Of a stretch of DNA of 64,000 nucleotides, positions 1 through 12,200 are shown in pieces. Below the pieces are notes generated by a model. It saw only the letters and a program-made list of their open reading frames with translations, was not told the origin of the DNA and searched no databases. This stretch comes from Haplodiscus bocki. Its lineage: Eukaryota. The stretch covers positions 70,122,001-70,186,000 of the forward strand of contig OZ296651.1 in assembly GCA_965655095.1 (NCBI GenBank), given 5' to 3'. How positions within the stretch are numbered: position 1 is the first letter of the stretch; every line of letters begins with the position of its first letter. Both the position numbers and the translations under genes were made by a program.

Positions 1-95
1 GGCTAATTGGGCTGCAGATGCTCTCTCGTTCGCTTCTATTCTAAGACACTTCTCGAGGAAGCTCACACAATCTCTGGTAATTCCTTTCTGAACAT
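1..95 (-). CDS. Kinase coding exon 2 (subdomain XI), continues beyond the window start
   Basis: Acceptor TTTAG at 100-96, phase 1 (G+AT=Asp). Reads DVQKGITRDCVSFLEKCLRIEANERASAAQLA, the FL..CL..D/E...R..A..L motif missing from exon 1. Intron is 96..1152. Confidence 0.85.
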
Positions 96-230
96 CTAAA
101 CAACTCAACGATTGCGTATTTAATACAGTTTTCATTTTATGTGGAAAATAAGCTAACATCAAAAATTCTAATACGGCACAAGATCACTTCAAACATTTTA
201 CTGGATAAGAAAATTCCACAGTTTTGATTC

Positions 231-1023
231 GGATGCGAGACAAATCCGCCGATTTTAAAGTGGGACATAACCGCCGATTTGTAATAATACAGATCGCTAG
301 TCTTTGCAAAGATAAAAGTTGTTCAAGATAAAAGCGTTTTGGCCTAATGACGGATAATTAGCAATTAAATTGCCAATCTCCTAAGGAAATGCTTCTAATC
401 CAAAAAAACCCGCAATAACCAAGCCCAAATACCCAAAGTCAAAAAATTTTTGACCAAAATTTGGAAATTTGTAAAAAAAAAGCAAGGTCAAAATTTTGGA
501 CGGCCACGACCAGAAAATTATCAAAATTGATAATCCCAACATCTGCAAAACTATTTTTTTTGTCACCTAATCAAATGCCAATGAAACTGAAAAACTACGG
601 AAACCAACTTTTTAATTTTTGCGCCATATAATTTTCTGATTTTTTTTGAAACAATTGCATCAGCCGAAAAGACCATTTCTGAATATTTGGGTAATTGCGG
701 TTTAGTTTCTTCCAGACAAATTTTACTTATTCACAGGAATTCGGTATACAAAAGATAGGGGTGGGTACCACAAATTTAGGTTTAATGGAAGCGAGGGTTT
801 CAATTAAATCTTTAATGTTGGCATTTTCGAAAATTTATTAGCCGCAAAAAATGAATTGCAAAAAAATATCTCAATTTTTCTTAATAATTGGTAATATAAT
901 TGCTAATTATCGATAATTAAGCCAAAACGCTTTTATCAGAAACAATTTTGTTAACATTTTGCCTCTTATACAAAATCGGCGGTTTTGTCTCATTTTCGAA
1001 ATCGGCCGTTTTGTCTCGCCTCC
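231..1023. mobile_element. Non-autonomous MULE-like DNA transposon in the kinase intron
   Basis: About 150-bp imperfect TIRs (GGATGCGAGACAAATCCGCCGATTT... / ...AAATCGGCCGTTTTGTCTCGCCTCC). Flanking 9-bp direct repeat TTTTGATTC at 222-230 and 1025-1033. No coding capacity. Confidence 0.85.
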
Positions 1024-1152
1024 TTTTTGATTCATACAATTTCATACGAGCATTATTTCAGTTTAATCGATCTCAAAAATTTCCTACACAAAGTAAATTC
1101 ATGCTTTGGTAATGAAATTCTTACAGTTTTCTTCGAAAAAAGTGTAACTAAC

Positions 1153-2302
1153 CAATTGCGGGTAAATGCACTCTCTGTGTGTACAAAATATAGAAATTCG
1201 CTCTTGCGCATAACTCATTGACACCGTAATCACCGCCTTGGTCATCACTGCTTGACTCGGAGAAGCCAGCGAGAACCTCAATTGGTCGCCTAACACAGCA
1301 GAACACTTGAATAACTGTGCATCCCAAACTCCAAATATCACAATTTGGTTTCAATGTTGAGCTTGTACTGTCAGTACCTTCCATGAGTTCGATGGCTATA
1401 AACCCTGGGGTACCAAAATATCCTCTGGGCGCTCCATTCGCATCCACAGTTAACCCAAAATCACCCAATTTTGCGAAGTAGAAATCATCTTGGCCAGGCC
1501 TGGGACTACTTTTGATGAAAACATTTTCCGCTTTCACGTCCATGTGCACAATTCCACGGGAATGAATGTATTTCAAAGCGTGCACAATTTGATGAAATAT
1601 GTATCGGAAGTCGATTGGGCAGAAAGTGTTGAACTCGTGAGCATTGAAGGCAAGTGTTTTCAGTGACTGTTCAAACAGTTCCATACAAATATAAATGTAA
1701 CCAGGGCTAAGTGCAAGTCCATAAAAGGTCACCACGTGATCACTTTGTTTTAGCTTCATCAGCTGCTCCACTTCACTGATATCGTCCGCGAGCTCTTGCC
1801 GCGTTTCTTTTGATAGCAACTCAATGTATTCCTGCAGATTTCGACGATCAAGTATAACGCCTTCCTGGAACTTGGAAGTGTTCCATAAGAAATCTTCGGC
1901 TTCGCCAAATCTGACCTTTTTCACCGCAATTGACATTCCGTTATCTTCTCGAATACCTTCAACAACTCGTTCGGAGCTCTTCGGGACAACACGACCAGTT
2001 TTGAAAGAAAACTTGACGTAGTTACCCACAATCCGTGTGACCAAATTCTTCGACTGGTTCGAATCTATAACTCTTCCCACGATATCTCGATTTATTTCGT
2101 CAATGTCTCGTTCACATTGAGAAATTGAGCTCTCGATTTCTTTCCGTCTCTTTTCCGCCATGTCTAGCACCATTTTCTTGTATGGCCCCAGGGGAAAGGT
2201 TTCTTTCGCTGAATCTACACAATGAACCGAAGTTATTACGAAGCAGAAGACTATCATCATTATTAAAGTACGGACTATCACAACTATAATAAAACTTCGC
2301 AT
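1153..2302 (-). CDS. Ser/Thr protein kinase, MAP2K(MKK3/4/6)-like, coding exon 1 (subdomains I-X), with N-terminal hydrophobic signal-like segment
   Basis: ORF 1148..2311, first ATG at 2302. Motifs IAVKK, VTFYG..YICMEL..SL (MAP2K-like), HMDVKAEN, DFG, GTPGFIAIE, DIWSLG. The ORF-track stop lies inside a phase-1 donor G|GTTAGT at 1152. Confidence 0.9.
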
Positions 2303-4449
2303 GAATAGCAAATATTTCTACTTTGGGTTGTTAAATGCTGACGAAAAATCCAAAATCTGAAAACAGTAATTATTTTGGAAACAAGCAGAGAACAGCTCAG
2401 TCGGTGCGTCGCGGCTCATCAAGCGGGCGCGAAAACGTTTCTGAAGAACTTCGGGTATCAAATGAAGGAATATTACGGAATCTTTCGGGAGTTTGTTTCA
2501 AAAAAATATTGTAAGTGCGTAGCTGCATTCTGACATCGCCAATATGAACTGCTAATTTGTCATTCGCTAAATTGCCAATTTTGGAAAAATTGTTTGAATT
2601 AGCTTTTGATGTCATTTTCAGGAGTTTCAGGACGGTTTTCTGACATCTTTATGTTTTAAGGCTGAAAAGCCGGACGTATGCAACGTATTTTGTGAGAGAT
2701 AACACTATTATGAAAAACTTTCCGAAAAGTGTTTTGGAAGTTTTAGGCCACGCGTTGTCTCTGACCAGCCTTGATCTCTATGAGCGAATAGCGGCGTACA
2801 TCATTGCCACATTTGGACAACCCACTAACAAAACGATATCGCTAATACCAAGCCCTAATGAAATTCGTCCACTTCGCTAAACCCCTGGTTAGAGGTTTCA
2901 AAAACTCCGGAGGGAGGATGATGAGAAGAGTTCGTTTTCCGTGGCTCATAAGTCTTTGGGTATATTCGAAGGGGATAGTACTACAAAAGGGGATATTATT
3001 TGCTGTTCAATAGACCATGATTTTGAGCTTTCAAAAGTCGTTTTTTGAGATCATCCTAGTTTCCGCTTTCCTCCCTTTAGGTTTTTCTGCTCAACTTGCA
3101 TTTGTTTTAATTGAAATTCGATTTTTTTTTTCAAAATTCGATTGGTCTGAAAAATAAATCAAAACCACTATAATAGTCGGGCACCCCAAAAATTCCTCAT
3201 AACGAAGTGACAGATTTGAACGTGATATCGCAGTTACACAAGCAGTATATTTTATGCGTCTTAGAATTTCTCAACCCCTAATTTAACAGAGGCGAAGCCG
3301 CCATTCGCAAATATTCGCCAAACCAATCATCACCGAGAAATTTTCAAACTTAGGCGCCAGGGAAGCCAGGCATTAAGCGTTCAGTATTTTGGGAAGGTAA
3401 AAATGGGATTCGGGCGAACTTCGTGAAAGTTCACTTATAATTTCGGAAGAGAGGAATAATTCAAATTAAATAGACAAACTTCTGAGAAAAATTGGACCAA
3501 AAACCACAGGAACTTGAAAACGGAACAAAAAGTGACGTTTGCGGCAGCTTGGAGAAGAAGTAATTCGTGATATTACGCGAAATAAAATGAAAGCAGACAT
3601 CCCGACTTCTTCGCAAACTTGATATACTGCCGGCTTTCAATAAGCACTTGATAACCGCAATCCAACTAATAGTCTTTGAGAAAAACAATGTTTAAAGAAG
3701 ACAATGGACTTTTTTTGAATCTCCAATACAAGTCGAGATAATTTGGGTGAAAAAATTAAAACCGCGTATCTCTAGTACTCTGCAGATTCTTCATGTTCAG
3801 GGACTTCGAAAGAGCACTAAAAGACACCAATGCGACCAGTAATATTTCGAAAAAAAAAGATTGAAAAGACGCAATCAAAAAGATATCGATATTCAAAATA
3901 CAACTCAAGAAGTATCGCTAGAAAAATATTAAATTGCACATGCCTGGTACTCTTTAGTCTCCCAAAAATGCGGGGTGTTTGAATGATCGGTAAATGTCGA
4001 AGAAACGAGGTCAAGATTTTACAGTCAAACATCAGACAATCAGCCGACTCTAGTATGATTATTAGCCAACTAGACGCAATTGACAGTTCACTAATTACTG
4101 GTTAGTTTACTACTGGTTCATTGCTTTATTCGCTAAAATTGCAGAACAATGCAGGCCGAATAATCCCGCCAAACGTTTTAACTAGAGTAGTGAACAGCCG
4201 ATGCCAGCTTTGAACGGATTGGAAAATCCTATACCATACCACTTGTTAGTTGCAAGTGTTACACAGAGGCGAAGCGAAGATCCTCAAAGCTGACAAATCA
4301 AACTCCACTAATTTTTCGGAAACGCGTGACAGTACGACCCATCAACACAGTAGAATGCTTTCTAGAAACTTTCGGAAATTATCGAAACCAATAACTACCT
4401 CATTGAAGAGCAGAAACCAATTTGCCAGTCTGTGTCTAATAATCATTTC

Positions 4450-5600
4450 GGGACTTCTTCCAGATACTGTAAAACCTCTTTTTTTGGAACTGCGAAAAAG
4501 AGAAAATTCATAAGATATGCAAATTCTACAGGAGAAGTTATCAATTCGTCTTCGAACACTACAGCAAACAATGGCCCCCCAGGGCAAGGAACCTCGCTCT
4601 TTGCTCAAAAAGGGTACTGTTGTACAAGAAAGAAACTTGAATGTGTTCAGAGCAGTAAAATGTGCGTTTTCATCCTATCCGATACAACTGTACCCAAAAG
4701 GCTGATTTGAAGAGTAAACGAACGAAGTAGCAAATTTGGGGAATTTTTGAATAACTCAGGAGGACCAAGAGTACCATTTTGAAGGCACTTTTCAAATACT
4801 GAGAATTTTCTGGAGATTAACAGTTTCTATTTAATTCAGATGGATGCGCAGTAGATTTGAAAGTAGAAGAGCAAAAATCTACAACAGCTGTTTGTGCCGA
4901 CTACACAACGCTAAAAGGACATTCTTTCGCAAAACATTTAACAGTTCATGGATATTTGTTCTCCCGTAAAGGTTTTTAATGCGCTTGTAGCTCAAAAGCA
5001 GTACACCAAAAAAGCAGAAAATCCGCAACACCTCGAAAAAGTTTTCGTTGGCTGGGAACAACCGATAACCTCAGTAAAGAACAATTTTCAAACTTCTTGC
5101 TCTACATTTGCTCATTCTGTGTTGTATTGGCTGGACGTACCTGCTAGAAAGTTGATATGTAACGCAGAAGATCGAAAACAGAAAAGATAGAGAAGATTAA
5201 CTAGCTTTTATCGTCAAAAACACCCTTTAAGCAGCTGGAAAACCTCAAAGATAATTTTGTAAAGGAAAATTCAACTAAAGCTTTCTACGTTTGTGCTTTC
5301 CTATTGCATTAGCTTCGACAATTAGCTAAAAAGTTGATGAGGAAATTGCCAGATTTCTGGCATATTTGGAAAATTAGCTACTCAAACACTCAAACGCCAT
5401 TTCTGACAAGAACGAAAAAATTTTACAGTAACGTAAAAAAATATGAAAAAATCAGTTGCGGGAAACAACCGAAGGTGGCCATTTTGTGCACTAGAAACAT
5501 CAAAGCTTCCAGACGGCACATGCTGCTATAAGTTGTAATATTCTGCCCGAAAAAATTGACTTGCTACGAAAAACAGTGAATATCTGAGGCGAAACAGCAT
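4450..5600 (+). pseudogene. Decayed NACHT-domain (NLR-like) NTPase
   Basis: Collinear motifs in shifting frames: Walker-A-like GPPGQGTS (4573-4596), Walker-B-like FLFNSDGC (4824-4847), winged-helix-like HQSFQTAHAA (5498-5527; cf. FxHxSFQEFFAA). Spacings of about 89 and 220 codons fit NACHT. Many stops and frameshifts; boundaries approximate. Confidence 0.55.
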
Positions 5601-7036
5601 TAAAATACCTCAAAACAGTCAAAGTTAATCCAACTTCGCAAATAAAGAGTTTAAAATTTTGGAGCCAACTTGAAAACTCACCCAAAATAGTTGATATATG
5701 AGAAAATTTCAATTGCGAGTCAATTTGCAGGAAACTGTATACTTATGTTGACAGACGTGTAAAACTCACGATTTCACTGAAAATGTGTTGAAAAAATACA
5801 GCCGCTTCAAATCCGAAAAACCCCTATGCAGCAAAAAGCGAAATGACAGTAACATAACTTTTGGTGGAAAAACAAAGAGAAAACTTCTTAGATATTCCAA
5901 ATTCAAATATTTGACGGAAAATGTAAAACAAACTTCCTCTGGTACTTCACAGAAACTCAAAACAATGAGAACTCAAATTACCATTCGGTGAACGCAATGA
6001 AACCACTAATAGTATCGAATTCCTTTCAACGAAGCGCAAGCAAAAATACTGTTTTATGAATGTGTAAGATTTTTCAGGATTAAAGAGCAAAATACACCAA
6101 TCCTCATTGTCAACAGATGCTCCAGCAAACAATGAATGACTAGGCTCAGGAAAAACCATTCCGACCAAGATTCATCGAAAAAAAACAATTTTCGGAGGAA
6201 AATCCGATTTTATCATTACAAGTCCGTTTCCTCGCAAAAAAAATTGAAATAAGCACTCCCAACTACTCGTCGGAAACTGTGCCTCGCAGCAAGTTGAATC
6301 GGACAGGGAGTGACTCAATGCGAACACAAGTTTTTCTAAAAGCACGTACATCTAAAGAACGTACGTCGCCAGGTGTCGAAAGAAAGCAGGATGGACACAG
6401 TCGGCGAGATAGTGCTCAGAAAATCAGTTTCAACAAAGAGCCCAAGTGAAAATACCTTGGAATTTTTAATGACAGGAAATATTTTTGACAATAAAAGTAA
6501 AAATTAGGCAATGTATGCTTCCTGGCACGTACCCTAGGCAGATAATGCTCGATGACATGGATGAATGCAATCGAACCAATATTCTTTAAAACAGCCACTT
6601 CTAACGCAAGACGCAAAAAGCAAACAACTTTGATTTTTTATTTTCCAGCCAATTTTTGTTGTAAACGTTCATGAAATAACAAAAGTTTACTTGACTCAAA
6701 AACTTTTGAGTTTGAGAAAAAAAATCAAACGAAAGCATCAAAACTGTCAGGCATTCAGTGCTAAGAAACTAGCACAGCTAAAAAATCGAATAGCGCCAAT
6801 TTAATGACAACTTGACTTTAATTTTCGAAAAAAAAATCAAAAAATATCATGCGAATAAAAATCAAAGTACGGCGAAAACAGACTTACAAATCACTAAAAT
6901 GATTTTGCACTCTAGTGAAACTGAATTGCGTTATTATCATTGAATCAGGACTTTCGACTGCTAAGTAAAAGACTGACTTTCGACTGCTAAGTAAAGCTAA
7001 TAGAATTAGACAATATTCACGGCCTAAACACACGAC

Positions 7037-7329
7037 AGGTAATTTCCGTTATTTTCCCCAAGCGGATTATCCCCCCGAGTCAAAGCGGTAGCTGCTGCTA
7101 CCAGTGTATTCAGTGAATACGTCTCTTGCGAGTCAGTAGACAGTGCACACAATTCACAAATCTCTACCTTCCAAGAAGCTGACTGCTTGCTGAAGCTAGT
7201 TGAAGTAAACAGGTATTTGCAATAACTTTATTAAACACAAATTTGGACCATACTGCTCAGCTGAGCATCAGCTAGGTGGGGGATAATACTTTTGTCAGTA
7301 GGGCTAGGGGGGAAATAACGGAAAGACCT
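7037..7329. mobile_element. MITE with GG termini and 8-9-bp TSD (Merlin- or MULE-like)
   Basis: TIR AGGTAATTTCCGTTATTTTCCCC / GGGGGAAATAACGGAAAGACCT; TSD CACACGAC at 7029-7036 and 7330-7337. Confidence 0.85.
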
Positions 7330-7506
7330 CACACGACATGTAATAGGAACTTAAATCACCATTGCAGCATGTTTCTTGAAAAATCCCTCCAATCTTTTAT
7401 TCGAAAAACTAAGCCTTCAAAAACACCCTGGTTGAAATGAAATATTCTCCCAAGAAACAGAGATCACCGACGTCAAGCAACAGGCGCTACGAATTTGGCA
7501 TAGTAA

Positions 7507-7894
7507 ACACAGAGGCGATGCTGTGCTTCGCAACACTTGCGCTAACTAACCGAATACTAGTGAACAAGTCAAACAAGTATTTTTGGTTTTTAGAGGGGCA
7601 ACCCTAGTAAGAAAACAACTGATTGAAGAATTGAACAATTTAATTAACTCATGTATTTCTTATAAATTTATAAACAAGTGTATCAAGTAAAAAAGCAACA
7701 GCAGTTAGTTCGCGTGCCACGAACAAATTTTCGCAACTGAGCGAGAGCGGCGCATGAACATCTTTTTGCGAGAAAGCTGAAGCGAATGAACAGAATCTAG
7801 GCAACACTAGAATACTGGCACAAATACAAGCTGTGAACGGATAGGAAAAGAAAAAAGCTTTTGCTTTTGATATAACACTTGCTTGTGCAAGTGT
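7507..7894 (-). mobile_element. Helentron-associated (HINE/DINE-1-like) non-autonomous element, copy 1
   Basis: Homologous along its length to 20565-20974. One end has hairpin GCGA(T)GC-TGT-GCTTCGC next to subTIR ACACTTGC; the other has ACACTTGC..GCAAGTGT. Flanked by A-runs, no TSD. Confidence 0.55.
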
Positions 7895-8254
7895 AAAAAA
7901 TGGGTATCAGTGAATTTAGCAGAATTTGACTGAATAATTTTGAAAAACCAGAAAAAGAGATCAGAATTAAATCAACAACTTGAGAGTATTTTAATCCTTT
8001 ACTAGAAGTACTTGAAAGCGCAGAGTAAATGGTGACGTTTGCTCTAGCTCAGTAGCGAAAAAAGTACATAAAAATCAATGAAACTAACTAAGAAAGAAAC
8101 AATTCCGCTTCATTTTTTATAGCTTAGCCGGCCGATTTGCGATGAGGCGCGAAGGGGAACAAAGACAACTAAGCCTAATGCCTAAAAATGTGGCGTAAGT
8201 TTATGATGGGCCAAAAATTAAAATTGGATCAATTTCACTGCCGAAGCCAGATAA

Positions 8255-8359
8255 GAGTTTGGCGGTTATTTGCTCCCGGCGAATAAGTCTGCACGCTGAA
8301 TAATTGCGGACGATTAAGGTCGGCGGTCAATCGAGTGGCGGTTAATTAAGGGATTACTG
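8255..8359. mobile_element. Right-end fragment of a pogo/Tc1-mariner-like element
   Basis: Repeated GGCGG(T)NAAT motif ending ...GGGATTACTG followed by TA (reverse complement CAGTAATCCC). The partner end was not located. Confidence 0.4.
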
Positions 8360-8843
8360 TACTATATTGTTAACTGATTTTCTATAACTGTATTGTCCCC
8401 GTCATTTGTTTGACGTGTGGAACATCTATTTTCTGAAATTATGTAGCATGTATTTTTGTGTATAAAATTTGGGAAGACTACAGTAAATTTAAATTAATTG
8501 TGGGAGACACGGCAAATCATTACTTTTGACCATTGGACACTGCAATTTGACCACGCTTCTCGAAAACTTTCGGCAGAACATCGTTTCTTCTGTTGGCGCA
8601 TCTTATGTTGGGCTGTGAAAACAACCCTTCTACAAGGGTGGAACTAAGTATTCCCAACGTTTCATTCAGCATTTTTTTACTCAATTCTCAATTTCTGTCC
8701 AAAAAAATGCAAGACAGTTTGTATACGTGTACGTATCGTGTATACATGTCAATACACTGGCATCCATGTAAAACTGCCTACGGAGTAAATTTATGTCTTT
8801 TCCTACTTTTACATTTGTAAAGCTTTAACGCCAAAAAAGTAGC

Positions 8844-9244
8844 CTAACCTTCGTCTGAAGAAGAAATAGAAGCATCTTCTTCATTGACTTGAGCGAAGGA
8901 ATCTACATTATTGGCAACAGGTGTAACTGCAAGGGAAGCTGTTTGCTCTTCTACTGGCTCCTCAATGACTTCAGCGACATTCAAAGAAGGAGCAGATGGC
9001 ACGTTGAAAGATGAATCGGTGACGTCAGGCATTCCGTTGTAAAACTGGACTCCGCTCCTCTCTTGATATTTCTTCCACTTGTTACGCTTGATCTCACGGC
9101 GGCTGCGCTTCGAGGAGGTAGTACCTTTGCTACTGTTGCGTGAATCGGGGTTTCTTCTGTGGGCAGAACTTTGAGCTGTATGTCTGAACATTCGCTCCGC
9201 TTCAAATTTGAATTTGGTTCTTTCCGCAGGTGAGAAGTTACACG
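8844..9244 (-). CDS. Probable terminal coding exon (basic then acidic tail) of the large minus-strand gene
   Basis: TTTCAG acceptor phase 1, in frame with ORF 8844..9191 (SKRSRREIKRNKWKK ... EEDASISSSDEG*). Confidence 0.6.
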
Positions 9245-12200
9245 CTGAAACAGAGTTTCAAAAGATAATTTCATCATAATTTCAATACATGATATTACAG
9301 AAAAAAATAACTTGACCTAATCTGTTTTTCTTTCGTAAGGCACCCCAAGTAACCTGAAACCTAGGCAATGTTCCATGAGTTCTTGAATATGTTTGGCATC
9401 AGGTAGTGAGTTTCCTGAGAAGTACTCATTCAATGTCCTGGGATCCTCAGTTGATTCCACAATACTCAAAGGGCTCTTTTCAAATTTTTGAAGTAAAATT
9501 ATTGAGGCTTCATTTAATTCAACTGACGCAAATTCTCATGGCTACCGACAGTCGTGAGATTTTCAATGACATCGGGCAAAGTCCTTCTTCACAGTGCAAG
9601 ATAATTATGGCATAGCGTACGCATTCAATTAATCACTTAGGAAGTTGAGAGTGGTTAAATATGCTAACATATTGGATCTCCGGCGACAAACTTGAGGAAT
9701 GCAGCAACAGATACACTGGGCTTTGTTTTGATGCCAGCTCTTTCGCGATGAATTGTGAGGAGATAGTCAATGAGCACGAATGCCAACTTTAGACACAGTT
9801 TGCTGAATACTTGCATCAGCCCCGAAGGATGTTTCTGAGGGATGATCTGGAAAATATCTCGAGCATATTGCACTGCGATCACTGTTAGAGTCGTTAAGAA
9901 ATTTTTACACCTCACAAACAGTTTGCTCTCCATTGATTTTCCTTGTGCGTATGGTGACTGGTTTTGCGATTCGAAATTGTCCATATATCTGTTTGCCTGC
10001 AAATATCAAAATGTCAACTCTTTTTTCACACATACTCCGGTGTTCCTAACAAACGAGAGGGTCCTGGGTAGTGTCTACGAGTTGAAATTGGCTACCCCCT
10101 CTAATTAGAGCCCACCTATTATTGTACGAGAATTTTCCCTGTTATTTGAACCCAACCCTCAACCCCCCCCCCCTTATAAATCGGAACACCAGGGTACGCT
10201 TTCTTCAAACTTCTATTAGTCCTGAAAGCCAATTACCGCTTCGTTTTCAGTTAGAAAATCAGAAAAAAAATACGATTCGTAATATACAAATTACTTATAA
10301 GCATTTTTGTAATTGGCAAAGTCATATTTCATTGATTGTATTTTCGGTAAAATTATCGGAACAAGCTTATTAAGAGCCTTGTTTTCTAATCTGCTAGAAT
10401 AATTTCTGCGGCCACTATTTGCGAAAATATTTCGTTAAAGTTGAAAATTGTAATTGTATAGAAGTCACAGAAATAACTAGTCATGATTTGAATTAATGCG
10501 ACAACTTTAATGCATAAGCCAACTTCAAGCACGAATAACTTCGGGAATTATCATTTTGCACAAAAGTACCAAAAATAAAATATTCTTGGAAATTTTCTTA
10601 GATTTTGATGCTGCCTGTTTGAAAAATTTCCAACCAATAGAGCAAAAATTAGAAAATGCGTTTTTTGGCCTAATTTTCGATTTTTTTGAGAATTTAGTAA
10701 CTTTAAAAAATTAATTATGGAATTTTACTTCACCAAGAGATGTCTCTGATTTTTCAGTGACAGCTGATATCATTTGTCGGCGGAAAAACTATTCGAAAAT
10801 TCATCTTGAACCTACTAAATTTGAAAATCAATGTATTAAAATAGGATGTTAAAATTGGTGTCAGGATACAATACGCAAAGTCATAATACCCAATGCCATA
10901 ATACCCAATGTGACATGATACCCAATGCCATAATACCCAAACTAAGAATTTTTCGTTATCCATCAAGTAATTACCAGCTTCTTGTATTATTAAGTAATTA
11001 CCAGCGTCTTGTATTTTCTCACACATTTTAAGACGTTGATTACTAGTCAAATATACTCCAGTATCAAAATCAAAAAAGGGAAAATTCATTGGACTTTTGA
11101 GTGAGTTATGATTGCTTGTGAAAATTTTTGGACGAGAAATGCGAAATTCAGTATGAACATTACTTTCAGGCGGTTTCCTGTTTTCGATAATTTTAAATTA
11201 TTAAATCGATATTAAACACAATGACTGGTATTTGCCTAAGTAGAGAAACTTCTACTTTTGTCTTCTTGAAAAAAAATGGAATCATCGGTTTTTTGTGCAT
11301 TACCTCCTTTCCATATACGGAAACTTTTCGAAAAGGCTGAAACCAAACATCTTAAGCTCGTGGTTTACTCGGTATAAGCAATGTAGTAGAGACTCCCCCA
11401 TGAAAAATTTGAAAATTTTCGGCACTGCGAGACCATTGGAAATTATGATTATATCTATTTCTGTTCAAGAAAATCCAGCATTTTTCCAAAAGATGTTTGT
11501 TGATATCATGTTTGATTTATTGATATCATTCAGACCTACTTTTTGTTTCACATTCTTTGAGAAAATACTAAGACGCTGGTAATTACTTAAGTACTAATTA
11601 ACGAGCAATTATACTTCAATTTTGGCATTATAGCATTGACTATTGTGGTCTTGGGTATTATGTCACATTGGGTTTTATGGCATTGGGTAGTATAGCATTC
11701 GGTATTATGACTTTGGGTAACCATTAAAATTATACTTTCACTTTTTGCAATTTATTCTGAAAATTCATAGTTTTGAAAAAAATGAAAAAATAAAAGCTTT
11801 AAGGAATAACCAAAACTAACAAATTATATAAATTGCTTCTTGCTATCTTGCGTCATTATTAAGATTTCTTACGAAAACTGCCAAAATTAGTCAATAGCAT
11901 ACTTTATTTACTCAATTTTGGGACGCAATTTTCTACTTCTTTGAACTACTGGTTTTGGCAGATAAAATAGCCATGTGGTAGCCCTTTTAATGAGCTTTCT
12001 CAGAGTACCTTTGCTTTCTCTGATCTCCTATTATTTATTTCTCCACTTAGTCGCATGAATTGAAATCATGTATGTATTTTCGCTCGATGCTCCCACAGTA
12101 CTGAAATTCTTATGATACAGTCGAAACAAAAATCTGTCAAGAATTTTATCAAGTCCACAACGGCGTTTGTTCGAAACTTCAACTTGATTTTCTTGGGTAA

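Noticed and set aside
1099-1152. Apparent frameshifted kinase C-terminus (FFEENCKNFITKA) suggesting a pseudogene
   Set aside because: A canonical phase-matched intron (96..1152) leads to a much better subdomain XI exon at 1-95, so the kinase appears intact.
6949-6995. Short tandem duplication GACTTTCGACTGCTAAGTAAA x2 (similar case at ~15200-15238)
   Set aside because: An ordinary slippage duplication with no further structure.
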